A stretch of DNA of 64,000 bases from Pseudomonadota bacterium. GTDB lineage: Bacteria > Chloroflexota > UBA6077 > JAJPGT01. The DNA lies in assembly GCA_021325655.1 (NCBI GenBank), contig JAJPGT010000043.1:207959-271958 (forward strand), read 5' to 3'. Shown piece after piece: positions 45,510-54,647 of this stretch (its first letter is position 1; every line of letters begins with the position of its first letter). The translations under genes were made by a program, and so were the position numbers. Below the pieces are notes generated by a model, which saw only the letters and a list, made by a program, of their open reading frames with translations, was not told where the DNA came from and ran no database searches.

Positions 45510-47056
45510 TCCAACGCCTGGCGCAGCCGCGCATCATCCTCGCCGTCCTGGTCCTGGCCGGCCTAGTGCTGCGGATCGCCATTCTGCTCAGCCCGCTGGG
45601 GGCGCTGGAAGCGGACGAGGCGGTGGTCGGGCTGATGGCTCGCCACATCCTGGAAGGCGACCGGCCGCTGTTCTACTGGGGCCAGGCATACCTGGGAACG
45701 CTGGAGGCGTTCACCGCTGCCGCGGTGTTCGCGGTCGTCGGCGCGTCCACCCTGGCGCTCAAGGCGGTACCCACGGCGTACTCGCTCCTGTACCTGCTGC
45801 TCAGCTACCTGGTCGCTCGACGGCTGTTCGGGACCGGCCCGGCCCTGCTCACCGCCGGCTACCTGGCCCTGCCGCCGCTGTTCCTGGCGCTCTGGAGCAC
45901 CAAGCCGCGCGGCGGCTACATCGAGTTTCTGACCCTGGGCGAGGCGGCGCTGCTGGCCGCGCTCTGGACCACCCGGGCGTCGCGGCTCCTGCCCGGGGCG
46001 CTGCTCACCCTGGCGCTGGCCGGGCTGAGCGTCTGGACCCACCCGCTGGGGGTGGTATACGGGCTCCTGGCCATGGCCTACGTCGCCACGCGTCGCCACC
46101 GCGACATCCCGCTCTGGGCGGCGCTGGCGGTGGCGCTGGCTGTCCTGGCCGGGCTGGGACTGTTCCTGCGCGCGTACCTCGCCAACCGATTGCCTGACGC
46201 GCCGGGGCCGCTGGAGGGCCTGGCGTTGGCGGAGGGGCCGGCAAACCTGGCGCGGCTGCTGCAGATCGGCGGCGCGGTGCTGGTGGGGCTGGCGCAGGGG
46301 AGCACCTCACGGGAGCTGTTCGAGGCCGACTGGCCGTCGCGCCCCGGCTCGTCACACCTGGTTACGACGCTGCTCGGGCTGCTAGCCGCCTGGCTGCTCC
46401 TGCGCTACGGTCGCTCCGTGGTCGCGCTGTTCCGTCCCGATGCCTCTGAGTCGGCCAGCGGCCCGGCACTGCTGGTCGGGGTGCTGGTGCTCACCCCGCT
46501 CGTCGTCGCATTCACCTCGTTCGGCCAGCGGCTGCTCATCATCGAGCCGCGCTACGCGCTGCCGCTGTACAGCGCCGTTCCGCTGGTGGCGAGGGAGCTC
46601 TGGCGCCTGCGACGCGCCCCGGCGGCCCTCGCCGCCGCCTGCATCGCGGTCCTGGCGATCAACGCCTGGAGCTGGCTCAGCGCCGATCCCCGGCTGGCCT
46701 TCCCGGCGACGATCGGGCCGACCACCCCCCAGACCCGCGCCGCGCTGCTGGCCGCGCTGGAGGCAGAGAACCTCCGCTACATCTACACGAACTACTGGCT
46801 CGCCTACCCGCTGGCGTTCGAGAGCGGCGAGTGGGTGATCCCCTCGGTCATCTCCGACGGCTTCAATCGCTATATCCCCTACGCCTACTGGGTCTCGGTC
46901 GCCGATCGGCCGGCCTGGGTCTTTGTGGCAGACGGGGCGGAGGAGCGCGCCTTTCAAGCGAAGCTGGCGCAGGCGCGGGCCTCGTGGCATACCCTGCGGG
47001 TATCGATCTACCGCGTGTACTACGACGTGGACCCGGTGCAGCCGCTGCGCCCGTAG
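45506..47056 (+). CDS. Membrane glycosyltransferase, GT39/ArnT-like
   Basis: LEADEAVVGLMARHILEGDRPLFYWGQAYLGTLEAF first-loop motif, followed by about 11 TM helices. Confidence 0.75.
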   Translation: MIQRLAQPRIILAVLVLAGLVLRIAILLSPLGALEADEAVVGLMARHILEGDRPLFYWGQAYLGTLEAFTAAAVFAVVGASTLALKAVPTAYSLLYLLLSYLVARRLFGTGPALLTAGYLALPPLFLALWSTKPRGGYIEFLTLGEAALLAALWTTRASRLLPGALLTLALAGLSVWTHPLGVVYGLLAMAYVATRRHRDIPLWAALAVALAVLAGLGLFLRAYLANRLPDAPGPLEGLALAEGPANLARLLQIGGAVLVGLAQGSTSRELFEADWPSRPGSSHLVTTLLGLLAAWLLLRYGRSVVALFRPDASESASGPALLVGVLVLTPLVVAFTSFGQRLLIIEPRYALPLYSAVPLVARELWRLRRAPAALAAACIAVLAINAWSWLSADPRLAFPATIGPTTPQTRAALLAALEAENLRYIYTNYWLAYPLAFESGEWVIPSVISDGFNRYIPYAYWVSVADRPAWVFVADGAEERAFQAKLAQARASWHTLRVSIYRVYYDVDPVQPLRP

Positions 47057-47071
47057 CGCCGCGGGCGGCGC

Positions 47072-47734
47072 TCAGGGGTGCGCCGCCCCGTTGCTGAACG
47101 GCGCGCCCCAGCCTTCGGCGCCGATCAGCGGGACGAAGCGGACCGGCCCCAGGCGAGTGCGGCGAAGGCCGTGGCCGCGGCGTACCAGCAGTACCAGCTC
47201 CTGCCCCTCGGCCGGCCCGACCGGGAGCACCAGCCGCCCGCCCTCATCGAGCTGCCGCACCAGCGCGTCCGGCACGTAGGGGGCACTGGCCGAGACGACG
47301 ATCGCCTGGTACGGCGCCGCGGCCGGCCAGCCGAGGCTGCCATCGGCCTGGAAGACACGGACGCGCGGAACGCCCAGCTCCGCCAACAGTGCTGTCGCGG
47401 CGGCGGCCAGACGCGGCGAGCGCTCCAGCGAGATCACCTCCACGGCAAGTTGTGCCAGGAGCGCTGTCTGGTACCCGGAGCCGGTCCCCACCTCCAGCAC
47501 CCGCTCCCGCCCGGTCAGCTCCAGCGCCTGGAGCATCAGTGCGACGACGAACGGCTGGGAGATCGTCTGCCCCTCGCCGATCGGCAGCGGCTCATCGCGG
47601 TAGGCGCGCTCGCGCTGCTCCGGCGGGACGAACCGCTCACGGGGCACGTGGTCGAACGCGGCGAGCACCCGCTCATCTCGGATGCCCTCCCGCCGCAGCA
47701 TCCGCGTCAGCTCGTGACGGGCCTCGTCGTACAT
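47072..47734 (-). CDS. pcm: Protein-L-isoaspartate O-methyltransferase
   Basis: TISQPFVVALMLQAL and the VLEVGTGSGYQTA SAM motif. Confidence 0.92.
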   Translation of the reverse strand: MYDEARHELTRMLRREGIRDERVLAAFDHVPRERFVPPEQRERAYRDEPLPIGEGQTISQPFVVALMLQALELTGRERVLEVGTGSGYQTALLAQLAVEVISLERSPRLAAAATALLAELGVPRVRVFQADGSLGWPAAAPYQAIVVSASAPYVPDALVRQLDEGGRLVLPVGPAEGQELVLLVRRGHGLRRTRLGPVRFVPLIGAEGWGAPFSNGAAHP

Positions 47735-47820
47735 CCGCTGCCTCGCTCCATTGTACGCAGCGTGGCGGGAACGTCCGGCCCGCCGCGCGCGTCTACCGGG
47801 GAGGAGGCCGAGCAGCGGGC

Positions 47821-48288
47821 ATGGCGAGGCGTTTCGCAGCGGAACCGTTTCAGTCGGATCGGCGGCTCGGGTGGTCGTTGTCTACCATGGCCTGTCTGGC
47901 GCTGTGGAGCGCCGCGGCGTTGGGCGGGTGCAGCGCGGCCTCCGAGCCGCCGCGCCCGCGCCTCGCCCCCACCCCACCGCCCGCGGCGGTCCCTGTGCCG
48001 ACATCTGCCCAGGCGGCGCCGCTCACTTCGGCCGCGGCCGAAGTGGACGCGTCGGAAGCGGTCCAGCGGGTCGTCAGCGAGGCCGCACGGCGCCAGGGTG
48101 TGCCAGCAAGCGAGATCCAGGTGGTGTCGGTCGAGCCACGCCGCTGGCCGGACACCTCGCTCGGCTGCGGCATGCGCGGCCACGCCTATGCCCAGGTGCT
48201 AACGCCGGGCTTCGCGGTCCTGATCCGGGCGCGCGGGATGGCGGCCGAGTACCACGTGGACCGGCGCCACGTGGTCCGCTGCTCCTAG
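47821..48288 (+). CDS. Hypothetical lipoprotein
   Basis: Lipobox LWSAAALGGC followed by a Pro/Ala linker and a ~70-aa domain. Start is ATG 47821 or 47887. Confidence 0.55.
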   Translation: MARRFAAEPFQSDRRLGWSLSTMACLALWSAAALGGCSAASEPPRPRLAPTPPPAAVPVPTSAQAAPLTSAAAEVDASEAVQRVVSEAARRQGVPASEIQVVSVEPRRWPDTSLGCGMRGHAYAQVLTPGFAVLIRARGMAAEYHVDRRHVVRCS

Positions 48289-48481
48289 CGCGGGGCCAGC
48301 GCCCCGACGCCCGATCACGGGCCGCGGCCCGTTGCCCGCCACCCAGAAATCGGGCTGCTGGCGCTCCTGCCTCGGGATTGCTAGCAGCTTCCTGGTATAC
48401 TTTCGCCGCCCGAAGTGTTAACCTCGTCAGCAGCCGCTGGCGGGCGTAGCGAGCATGGTCCGCCACGGGGAGGAATGAGCG

Positions 48482-48805
48482 TTGCCGATCTATACCTATC
48501 AATGCCAGCAGTGCGGGAACTCTCTCGAGGCTCGGCAGAGCTTCAACGCCGAGCCGCTGACGGTGTGCGAGGCGTGCGGCGGCGCGTTGCGGCGCACCCT
48601 CCATTCCGTTGGGATCATTTTCAAGGGTAGCGGGTTTTACAACACCGATTACAAGCGCTCCACGAGCGTGAACGGCGAAAGCGGCGCCAACGGCGCCAAG
48701 GAGAACGGCAAAGCATCCGACTCCAAGCAGAGCGCTTCGGCCGAGTCCAAGCCGGCCGAGGCGAGCTCGTCCACTGTCGGCTCTTCATCGTCCAAGGACG
48801 TGTAA
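48482..48805 (+). CDS. FmdB-family zinc-ribbon protein
   Basis: PIYTYQCQQCGNSLE...LTVCEACGG...GSGFY. TTG start 48482, 11 nt after a GGAGG. Confidence 0.85.
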   Translation: MPIYTYQCQQCGNSLEARQSFNAEPLTVCEACGGALRRTLHSVGIIFKGSGFYNTDYKRSTSVNGESGANGAKENGKASDSKQSASAESKPAEASSSTVGSSSSKDV

Positions 48806-48844
48806 CCCGGCTGGCGGAGCGCGGCGGGGCCACGCCCCGCCGCG

Positions 48845-49072
48845 TTACCGTGTTCGCCGGGTCCAGCGGACCACCAGCGGCACGGCCGCGGAGGCGAGGC
48901 AGAGCGCCCACCCGCCCCAATAGGGAAGCGGCTGCGTCGCGACGTCGCCGGCGATGATGCCCGCTGCACCGAGCAGGGCGAGCGTCAGGGCGATGATCGT
49001 CGCTCGGCCTACTCCGCTCTCTGGCTGCCGAGGAGCCGCTCTGCCACCGGTGGCCCAGTTCGGCTCGGTCAC
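48845..49072 (-). CDS. Hypothetical small membrane protein (75 aa)
   Basis: Two hydrophobic helices. 4-nt overlap with the upstream ORF. Confidence 0.4.
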   Translation of the reverse strand: MTEPNWATGGRAAPRQPESGVGRATIIALTLALLGAAGIIAGDVATQPLPYWGGWALCLASAAVPLVVRWTRRTR

Positions 49073-49704
49073 GGTCGCCCGTTCACCATCAGCGAGAGCA
49101 CCTCGACGCGCCGAACCTCGATCCCGTCGGTGGTCTCCACCATCCGCAGGGGGATCTGCGCGTCCTGGCGGAAGGTGATCTCCTCGCGGTGCCGGGCCAT
49201 TGGGACATCGTGGACCAGCGTCGCGAGCCCATCGCCCAGTAGCCTCAGCTCATAGCCCCGCTGGGCCAGCATCTGGCTGATCGCGCCCGGCACCAGCCAG
49301 TCGGCCGGCGCCGGCTGGTAGGTGTCGGTGGTAACCTCGCTCACGGTGTCCTGGCCGGCCGGGTCGTGCGTCAGAACGCGGTGGCCGTCGACGATGGTCG
49401 TGAACCCAACCGCCCGGGGCATCGTCTGATTCTCCAGCAGCGTGACCCGGAAATGGCGGCGGTCGGTGTAGTCGACCCGGTAGACCCGCGTCTCGTCGAC
49501 GCCGCCCACGCCCACACCCCGCCGGGTATCGCGGTAGGTCATGGTGAACGGCGGCCACGGCCAGGCGAGCGACGCCGTCACATCCGGTGAGCGCAACGTC
49601 GAGTCCGCGAATCGCGCAAACAGCACCGCCAGAGCCAGGAGCTGCGCCGCGACGAAGAGGAGCGCCGCCGCCAGGAAGAGCTGCCGCCCCGCGATGCGTC
49701 TCAT
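49069..49704 (-). CDS. Hypothetical membrane-anchored protein (211 aa)
   Basis: N-terminal anchor LFLAAALLFVAAQLLALAVLFA followed by a non-biased ~170-aa domain. Confidence 0.55.
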   Translation of the reverse strand: MRRIAGRQLFLAAALLFVAAQLLALAVLFARFADSTLRSPDVTASLAWPWPPFTMTYRDTRRGVGVGGVDETRVYRVDYTDRRHFRVTLLENQTMPRAVGFTTIVDGHRVLTHDPAGQDTVSEVTTDTYQPAPADWLVPGAISQMLAQRGYELRLLGDGLATLVHDVPMARHREEITFRQDAQIPLRMVETTDGIEVRRVEVLSLMVNGRP

Positions 49705-49837
49705 GCTCGCAGTCTACGGGTCGGCGCGCCCGGTGTCGAGCACCAGGCCCCGTTCCCGGGGCCTGGTATTGTCTGCGATGGCCGACGCCGCCCGGTACCA
49801 TTGACCGAGCGACACGAGTGATGGAGCGACCTACCAG

Positions 49838-50287
49838 GTGCGAGCGGTACTACAGCGGGTTCGGCGCGCCCGGGTGGTGGTGGACGGCGCCGAGATTGGG
49901 GCGATTGGCCTGGGCTGGATGATTCTGCTCGGGGTCGGCCGCGACGACAACGCGGCGATCGCCGCCAAGCTGGTGGACAAGGTGGTCGGCCTGCGCGCCT
50001 TCGAAGACGCGGAGGGGAAGACGAATCTCTCCGCGGCCGATGTGAACGCCGAGTTCCTGGTCGTCAGCCAGTTCACCCTGTACGCCGACCTCTCGCGCGG
50101 CCGCCGCCCGGGCTTCGCCTACGCTGCCCCGCCGGAGCTGGCGGAGCCGCTGGTCCAGCACTTCGCCGAGCTGCTCCGCGCCCGGGGCTTCCGGGTCGCC
50201 ACCGGACAGTTCGGGGCGAACATGGACGTGGAGCTCACGAACCAGGGCCCATTCACCCTCGTCCTGGCCACTGATCCCTGGACGTGA
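49838..50287 (+). CDS. dtd: D-aminoacyl-tRNA deacylase
   Basis: MRAVLQRV... and SQFTLYAD...GRRPGF motifs. GTG start. Confidence 0.92.
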   Translation: MRAVLQRVRRARVVVDGAEIGAIGLGWMILLGVGRDDNAAIAAKLVDKVVGLRAFEDAEGKTNLSAADVNAEFLVVSQFTLYADLSRGRRPGFAYAAPPELAEPLVQHFAELLRARGFRVATGQFGANMDVELTNQGPFTLVLATDPWT

Positions 50288-50333
50288 TGGCACACCCGCC
50301 CACGCCTCCCCTCCGGCTCGGCCGCGCCCGGCG

Positions 50334-50705
50334 ATGATCGAGTTCGTCCACCAGCGGATCGCCTACGCCACGATGCTCTACATGCTGGTCGTCGGCCTCT
50401 GGGGGCTGGCCAGCTACGTCCGCAAGAGCAGCCTGCCGCCGAGCTACCTCGGCGCGCTCGTGCTGGGCGAGGCGCTGGTCGTCGTCCAGGCGCTGGTCGG
50501 GGCGCTGCTCCTCGGCGAGGGGCTGGCGCCGGGCAATCCGATGCACTACCTGTACGGCTTCACCGCGCTGATCGCACTTCCGCTGGCGTACAGCTATAAC
50601 CAGGGGCGGACGGACCGCCGGGCGCTGCTGATCTACGCCATCGTCGCGCTGTTCGTCTTCGGCGCCGCGGTGCGGGCGACCACTACCGCGTTCGGCGGCG
50701 CTTGA
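50334..50705 (+). CDS. Hypothetical membrane protein (4 TM, 123 aa)
   Basis: Four hydrophobic helices with unbiased composition. Confidence 0.55.
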   Translation: MIEFVHQRIAYATMLYMLVVGLWGLASYVRKSSLPPSYLGALVLGEALVVVQALVGALLLGEGLAPGNPMHYLYGFTALIALPLAYSYNQGRTDRRALLIYAIVALFVFGAAVRATTTAFGGA

Positions 50706-50757
50706 CCACGCCCGCGCGGGCAGCCCAGGGGATGGCGGGACGGAGCGTGGCGGGTGG

Positions 50758-52056
50758 TCAGCCGAGTGCCGCCGCCTGCTCGACCGGCTCACCCTGGAGC
50801 GACCAGGGGCCGGCATGGGTAATCCGCACCCGGACCAGGCGGCCGGTGGGGTCCTCGGGGCTCTGGAAGTGGACCAGGCGGTTGGTGCGGGTGCGCCCGT
50901 ACCAGGCCCCCCTGGCCGAGCCTTCGCCCAGCACCTCTACCTCCCGCCCAACCAGCCGCTGGTGCTTGGCGAGCGAGATCTCCCGCTGCACCTCCTCCAC
51001 CAGGTGCAGCCGGCGCTTCTTCTCCTCCTGCGGCACCTGGTTCGGCCAGGTGGCGGCGGGCGTGCCCGGCCGCGGCGAGTAGGCAGCGACGTGGACCTTG
51101 TCGAACTCGATCTGGCGCAGCGCCTCGAGTGTGTGCTCGAATTGCGCTTCGGTCTCGCCCGGGAAGCCGACGATGATGTCGGTCTGGATCCCGATACCCG
51201 GGATCGCCGCCCGGATGCGGTCCACCAGCTCTTTGTAGAAGCCGAAGGTGTAGCCCCGGCGCATCGCCCGCAGCACCTCGTCGTCGCCGGATTGCAGCGG
51301 GAGGTTGATGTCCTCGCACACCTTGGGCAGCCGGGCAATGGCGTCGATCAGGTCGCGCCCGAAGTCGCCGGGGTAGGAGGTGAGGAAGCGGATCCGATAC
51401 AACCCCTCCACCTCGGCGTCCAGCCGGGCGAGCAGCTCGGCCAGGCTGGTGCGCGGCCGCAGGTCGCGCCCGTAGCGCTCGACGATCTGGCTCAGCAGAA
51501 CGATCTCCCGCGCCCCGCGGCGGACCAGGTCGCGCGCCTCGGCGACGATCGCCTCCGGCTGGCGGCTCCGCTCGCCGCCGCGGGTGGAGGGGACGATGCA
51601 GAAGGTGCAGGAGCGGTTGCAGCCCTGGTGAATGGTGATCCCCTCGGAGACGCCGCGCGCCCGCACCGCGCCCTCGGGCTCGACGCGGTAGTACTCCTGC
51701 AGCTCCAGCAGATCGCGAAGCTGGTTCTTGACCGTTAGGTCCTGGCCGGGCTGCAGGAAGTAGTCAACCCAGGGATAGCGCTGGCGCCAGTAGTCCGGAT
51801 CGCCGATGCAGCCGGCGAGGACAACCTTCTTGCTCGGCCGCTCGCGCTTCATCCGCCGCAGCGCCCCGAGCTCCGAGTGGACCTTGTCCTCGGCGTGCTG
51901 CCGGACCATGCAGGAGTAGAGGACGACCAGGTCCGCCCCCTCCGGCCCGTCGGAGGCGGAGTAGCCGATGCCCTGCAGCTCCTCCGCAAGCCGACGCGAG
52001 TCGGCAGTATTCATCTGGCAGCCGATCGTCCAGATATGAAACGAACTCACAGCCAC
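50758..52056 (-). CDS. miaB: tRNA-i6A37 methylthiotransferase (radical SAM, MiaB type)
   Basis: UPF0004 N-domain (TIGCQMNTADS), radical-SAM motif CNRSCTFC, and C-terminal TRAM domain. Confidence 0.88.
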   Translation of the reverse strand: MAVSSFHIWTIGCQMNTADSRRLAEELQGIGYSASDGPEGADLVVLYSCMVRQHAEDKVHSELGALRRMKRERPSKKVVLAGCIGDPDYWRQRYPWVDYFLQPGQDLTVKNQLRDLLELQEYYRVEPEGAVRARGVSEGITIHQGCNRSCTFCIVPSTRGGERSRQPEAIVAEARDLVRRGAREIVLLSQIVERYGRDLRPRTSLAELLARLDAEVEGLYRIRFLTSYPGDFGRDLIDAIARLPKVCEDINLPLQSGDDEVLRAMRRGYTFGFYKELVDRIRAAIPGIGIQTDIIVGFPGETEAQFEHTLEALRQIEFDKVHVAAYSPRPGTPAATWPNQVPQEEKKRRLHLVEEVQREISLAKHQRLVGREVEVLGEGSARGAWYGRTRTNRLVHFQSPEDPTGRLVRVRITHAGPWSLQGEPVEQAAALG

Positions 52057-52115
52057 ACCCCGGGTATCGCGACAAGTATACCTGAGGCTCCTGGCACCCC
52101 CTGAAGGAAAGGGCA

Positions 52116-52150
52116 GGGGCAGGCCGCGCTCTGCACCGTGGGCCTGCCCC
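52116..52150 (-). terminator. Hairpin downstream of the cupredoxin gene
   Basis: GGGGCAGGCC-N15-GGCCTGCCCC; on the reverse strand it is followed by a T/C-rich tract. Confidence 0.45.
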
Positions 52151-52174
52151 TCTCGGAAAAGGCGCGCTGGTCCC

Positions 52175-52990
52175 TTACGGTGTAGTCAGCGTCACGTCGT
52201 CGAACGTCGCCGTACCCGTCTGCCTCTGGTACAGCGCCGCTACCGACACTGCTCGGAACGCCTTGGGCGCCATCACCGTCAGCGCCGTGCGCTGGTAGCC
52301 ATGGGTGCTCTTGCTGAACGGGGCGACGAAGATGGAGGTGGTTCCGTCGGTATTCTCGAAGCGGAGCGCCACCCCGTAGCTGCCGCCGCTGCTCGACGCG
52401 CCGGTGTCCTTGCTCCAGCCACTGATGGTGAAGCTCTGGCCGGCCGAGCCGCTCCGCACCAGCCGCTGGAACAGCACCTTGGTCGCCGTACTGGAGCCGT
52501 TGATCTGGAACGCCCGGCTGCCGGTGTTCGGGTCGTTGACCAGCGTATCCACGCCGGTCAGCCCACTGCGCGACCAGCCATCCGGGGTGCCGTCGCCATT
52601 GGCGTCGATCTCGAACGAGGTGTTGCTGTTCAGCGGGGCGACGATGATCGAGCCGACCATACCCAGATTGACGTGGAAGGTGCAGTGGTACAGATACGTG
52701 CCAGGGGCCGTGAACGTGTGCGAAAACGTGGCCCCGGGGTTCATCGTCCCAGAGTCCCAGAGCCCGGTGTCGCTCGTGGTAGTATGAGGGATCCCGGTGC
52801 TGGTGTTGGTCCACATCACCGTATCGCCCACGTTGATGACGATCGTGTCTGGCTGGAACGTCAGCGAGTTCGTTTCGCTGACGTTGGCTGTCGCTGCCAT
52901 GACGACGCTCGCCAGCGGTGCGAGCGCCGAGACGACGAGGGCCAGCCCCGCGCACAGACCCAGGGCCGGGGAACGCTGCCAACGCTTCAT
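52175..52990 (-). CDS. Secreted type-1 copper (plastocyanin/amicyanin-like) protein fused to a C-terminal jelly-roll (CBM-like) domain
   Basis: Signal peptide, then copper ligands H...C..H....M within HTFTAPGTYLYHCTFHVNLGMVG. The C-terminal 140 aa end in ATFDDVTLT, which is typical of CBM4_9/galactose-binding-like folds. Confidence 0.75.
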   Translation of the reverse strand: MKRWQRSPALGLCAGLALVVSALAPLASVVMAATANVSETNSLTFQPDTIVINVGDTVMWTNTSTGIPHTTTSDTGLWDSGTMNPGATFSHTFTAPGTYLYHCTFHVNLGMVGSIIVAPLNSNTSFEIDANGDGTPDGWSRSGLTGVDTLVNDPNTGSRAFQINGSSTATKVLFQRLVRSGSAGQSFTISGWSKDTGASSSGGSYGVALRFENTDGTTSIFVAPFSKSTHGYQRTALTVMAPKAFRAVSVAALYQRQTGTATFDDVTLTTP

Positions 52991-53090
52991 CCGCTCCTCC
53001 TGATGCGGTCGGGTGAACGAATATACGCGGCAGCCTCACGGATGGATTGCAGGCGGCAGCGGCTCCCCCGGCAATGGCCGGAGGGTCGGA

Positions 53091-54647
53091 CTACGCCTCG
53101 ACGTGCACCTGGGGCATGCTCGCCGCGGCGGCCGGGCGACGCAGCAAGAGCGCAGGCAGCACGCCGACGAGACAGGCCGCGGCGGCGGCGATGAAGCAGT
53201 CATCGAAGCCGCGCACCGATGCGGCGAGCTGCACGTAGCCGGTGAGCTGCGCCAGGACGAGCTGGCGCGCCTGCTCCAGTGGCATGCCCCGGCTGAGCGC
53301 GAGCTGCTGTGCCTGGCCGAGCGCCCGCAGCACCGCCGGCGAGTCGGGCGTCACGAACATCGCCAGCGTAGCGTAGTGGAAGGTGATGCGGCTCTGGAGC
53401 AGCGTCGAGAAGCCAGCGGTGGAGAACGCGCCGAAGAGCTGGCGGCAGACGTTCTGAATCGACGAGGCGGCGGAGGTCTGGCTGGCGGGGGCGGCGGCGA
53501 GCCAGGTGGTCATCGCTGGCATCATCACCAGCCCGATCGCCGCGCCACGGAGCAGCAGCACCTGGCGGATCGTGCTGTCAGGGGTGGTGAGATCCAGCCC
53601 GCTCAGGAGCCAGGTCGCGAGCCCCAGCACCAGCAGCCCGGCCACGATCAGCGGCCGGGCGCCGACCCGGTCGTACAGGCGGCCACCGAGCGACACTGAG
53701 ACCGCCATCGCCAGCGCCTGGGGGAACAGCAGTAAGCCAGTCTCCATTGCCCCCAGCCCGCGCAGGTTCTGCAAGAACAGCGGGAGCAGGAAGATCGCGC
53801 CGAACAGGGCAGCGGTAGCCACCAGGTTCACCAGCGCTCCAAGCGCGAACGCCGGGATGGCGAACAGCCGCAGATTCAGCAGCGGATGAGACGTGCGCAG
53901 CTCCCACCCGATGAAGATGGGCAGCGTCACCGCGGCGAGCGCGAGCTTGAGCACCACCCCGGTGTCATCCCAGCCCTTGTCCGGGGCATCGGTCGCGCCG
54001 AGCAGCGCCGAGCCGAAGCAGACCGCGCCGACTATGAAGCCGACCAGGTCGAACGGCGTCCCGCGCGTGGTGGGTGACTCACGGAGCAGCAGCAGCCCCA
54101 GCAGCAACCCGAGGGCGCCGGCCGGGACGTTCAGGTAAAAGACCCAGCGCCAATCGACGTACTCCACCAGGTAGCCGCCCAGGGTCGGGCCGAGGATGGG
54201 CGCAACCATCACCGGCAGCGCGTACAGCCCCATCACCTTGCCGCGCTGGTTCGGCGGCGTCACTCGGAACAGCAGCGCCATCCCGAGGGGCTGGATCATC
54301 CCGCCCCCCAGCCCCTGGAGCACCCGAGCAATGACCAGGGTGGGGATGCTCCAGGATAGCCCGCACAGCATCGAGCCCAGGGTGAACAGGGCCAGGATCA
54401 CCAGGTACACGCGCTTGGTGCCGTAGCTCTGGCTGAGATAGGTGGTGGCCGGCATGATCGTCGCCAGCGCCAGCATGTACCCGGTGATCACGAGCTGCGC
54501 CTGGTCGAAGGAGGAGCCGAACACGGTGATGATGCGAGGCAGGGCGATGTTGACAATCGTGGTGTCGAGCACGACCATGAACGTCCCGACGGAGACGACC
54601 ATCAGGACCTGCCACTTGTAGTCGAGCCCGTGGAGCCGGCCGCGCAT
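53091..54647 (-). CDS. MFS drug efflux transporter, EmrB/QacA (DHA2, 14-TM) family
   Basis: 518 aa. WQVLMVVSVGTFMVVLDTTIVNIALP N-terminal signature. Follows a HlyD-family gene. Confidence 0.9.
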   Translation of the reverse strand: MRGRLHGLDYKWQVLMVVSVGTFMVVLDTTIVNIALPRIITVFGSSFDQAQLVITGYMLALATIMPATTYLSQSYGTKRVYLVILALFTLGSMLCGLSWSIPTLVIARVLQGLGGGMIQPLGMALLFRVTPPNQRGKVMGLYALPVMVAPILGPTLGGYLVEYVDWRWVFYLNVPAGALGLLLGLLLLRESPTTRGTPFDLVGFIVGAVCFGSALLGATDAPDKGWDDTGVVLKLALAAVTLPIFIGWELRTSHPLLNLRLFAIPAFALGALVNLVATAALFGAIFLLPLFLQNLRGLGAMETGLLLFPQALAMAVSVSLGGRLYDRVGARPLIVAGLLVLGLATWLLSGLDLTTPDSTIRQVLLLRGAAIGLVMMPAMTTWLAAAPASQTSAASSIQNVCRQLFGAFSTAGFSTLLQSRITFHYATLAMFVTPDSPAVLRALGQAQQLALSRGMPLEQARQLVLAQLTGYVQLAASVRGFDDCFIAAAAACLVGVLPALLLRRPAAAASMPQVHVEA

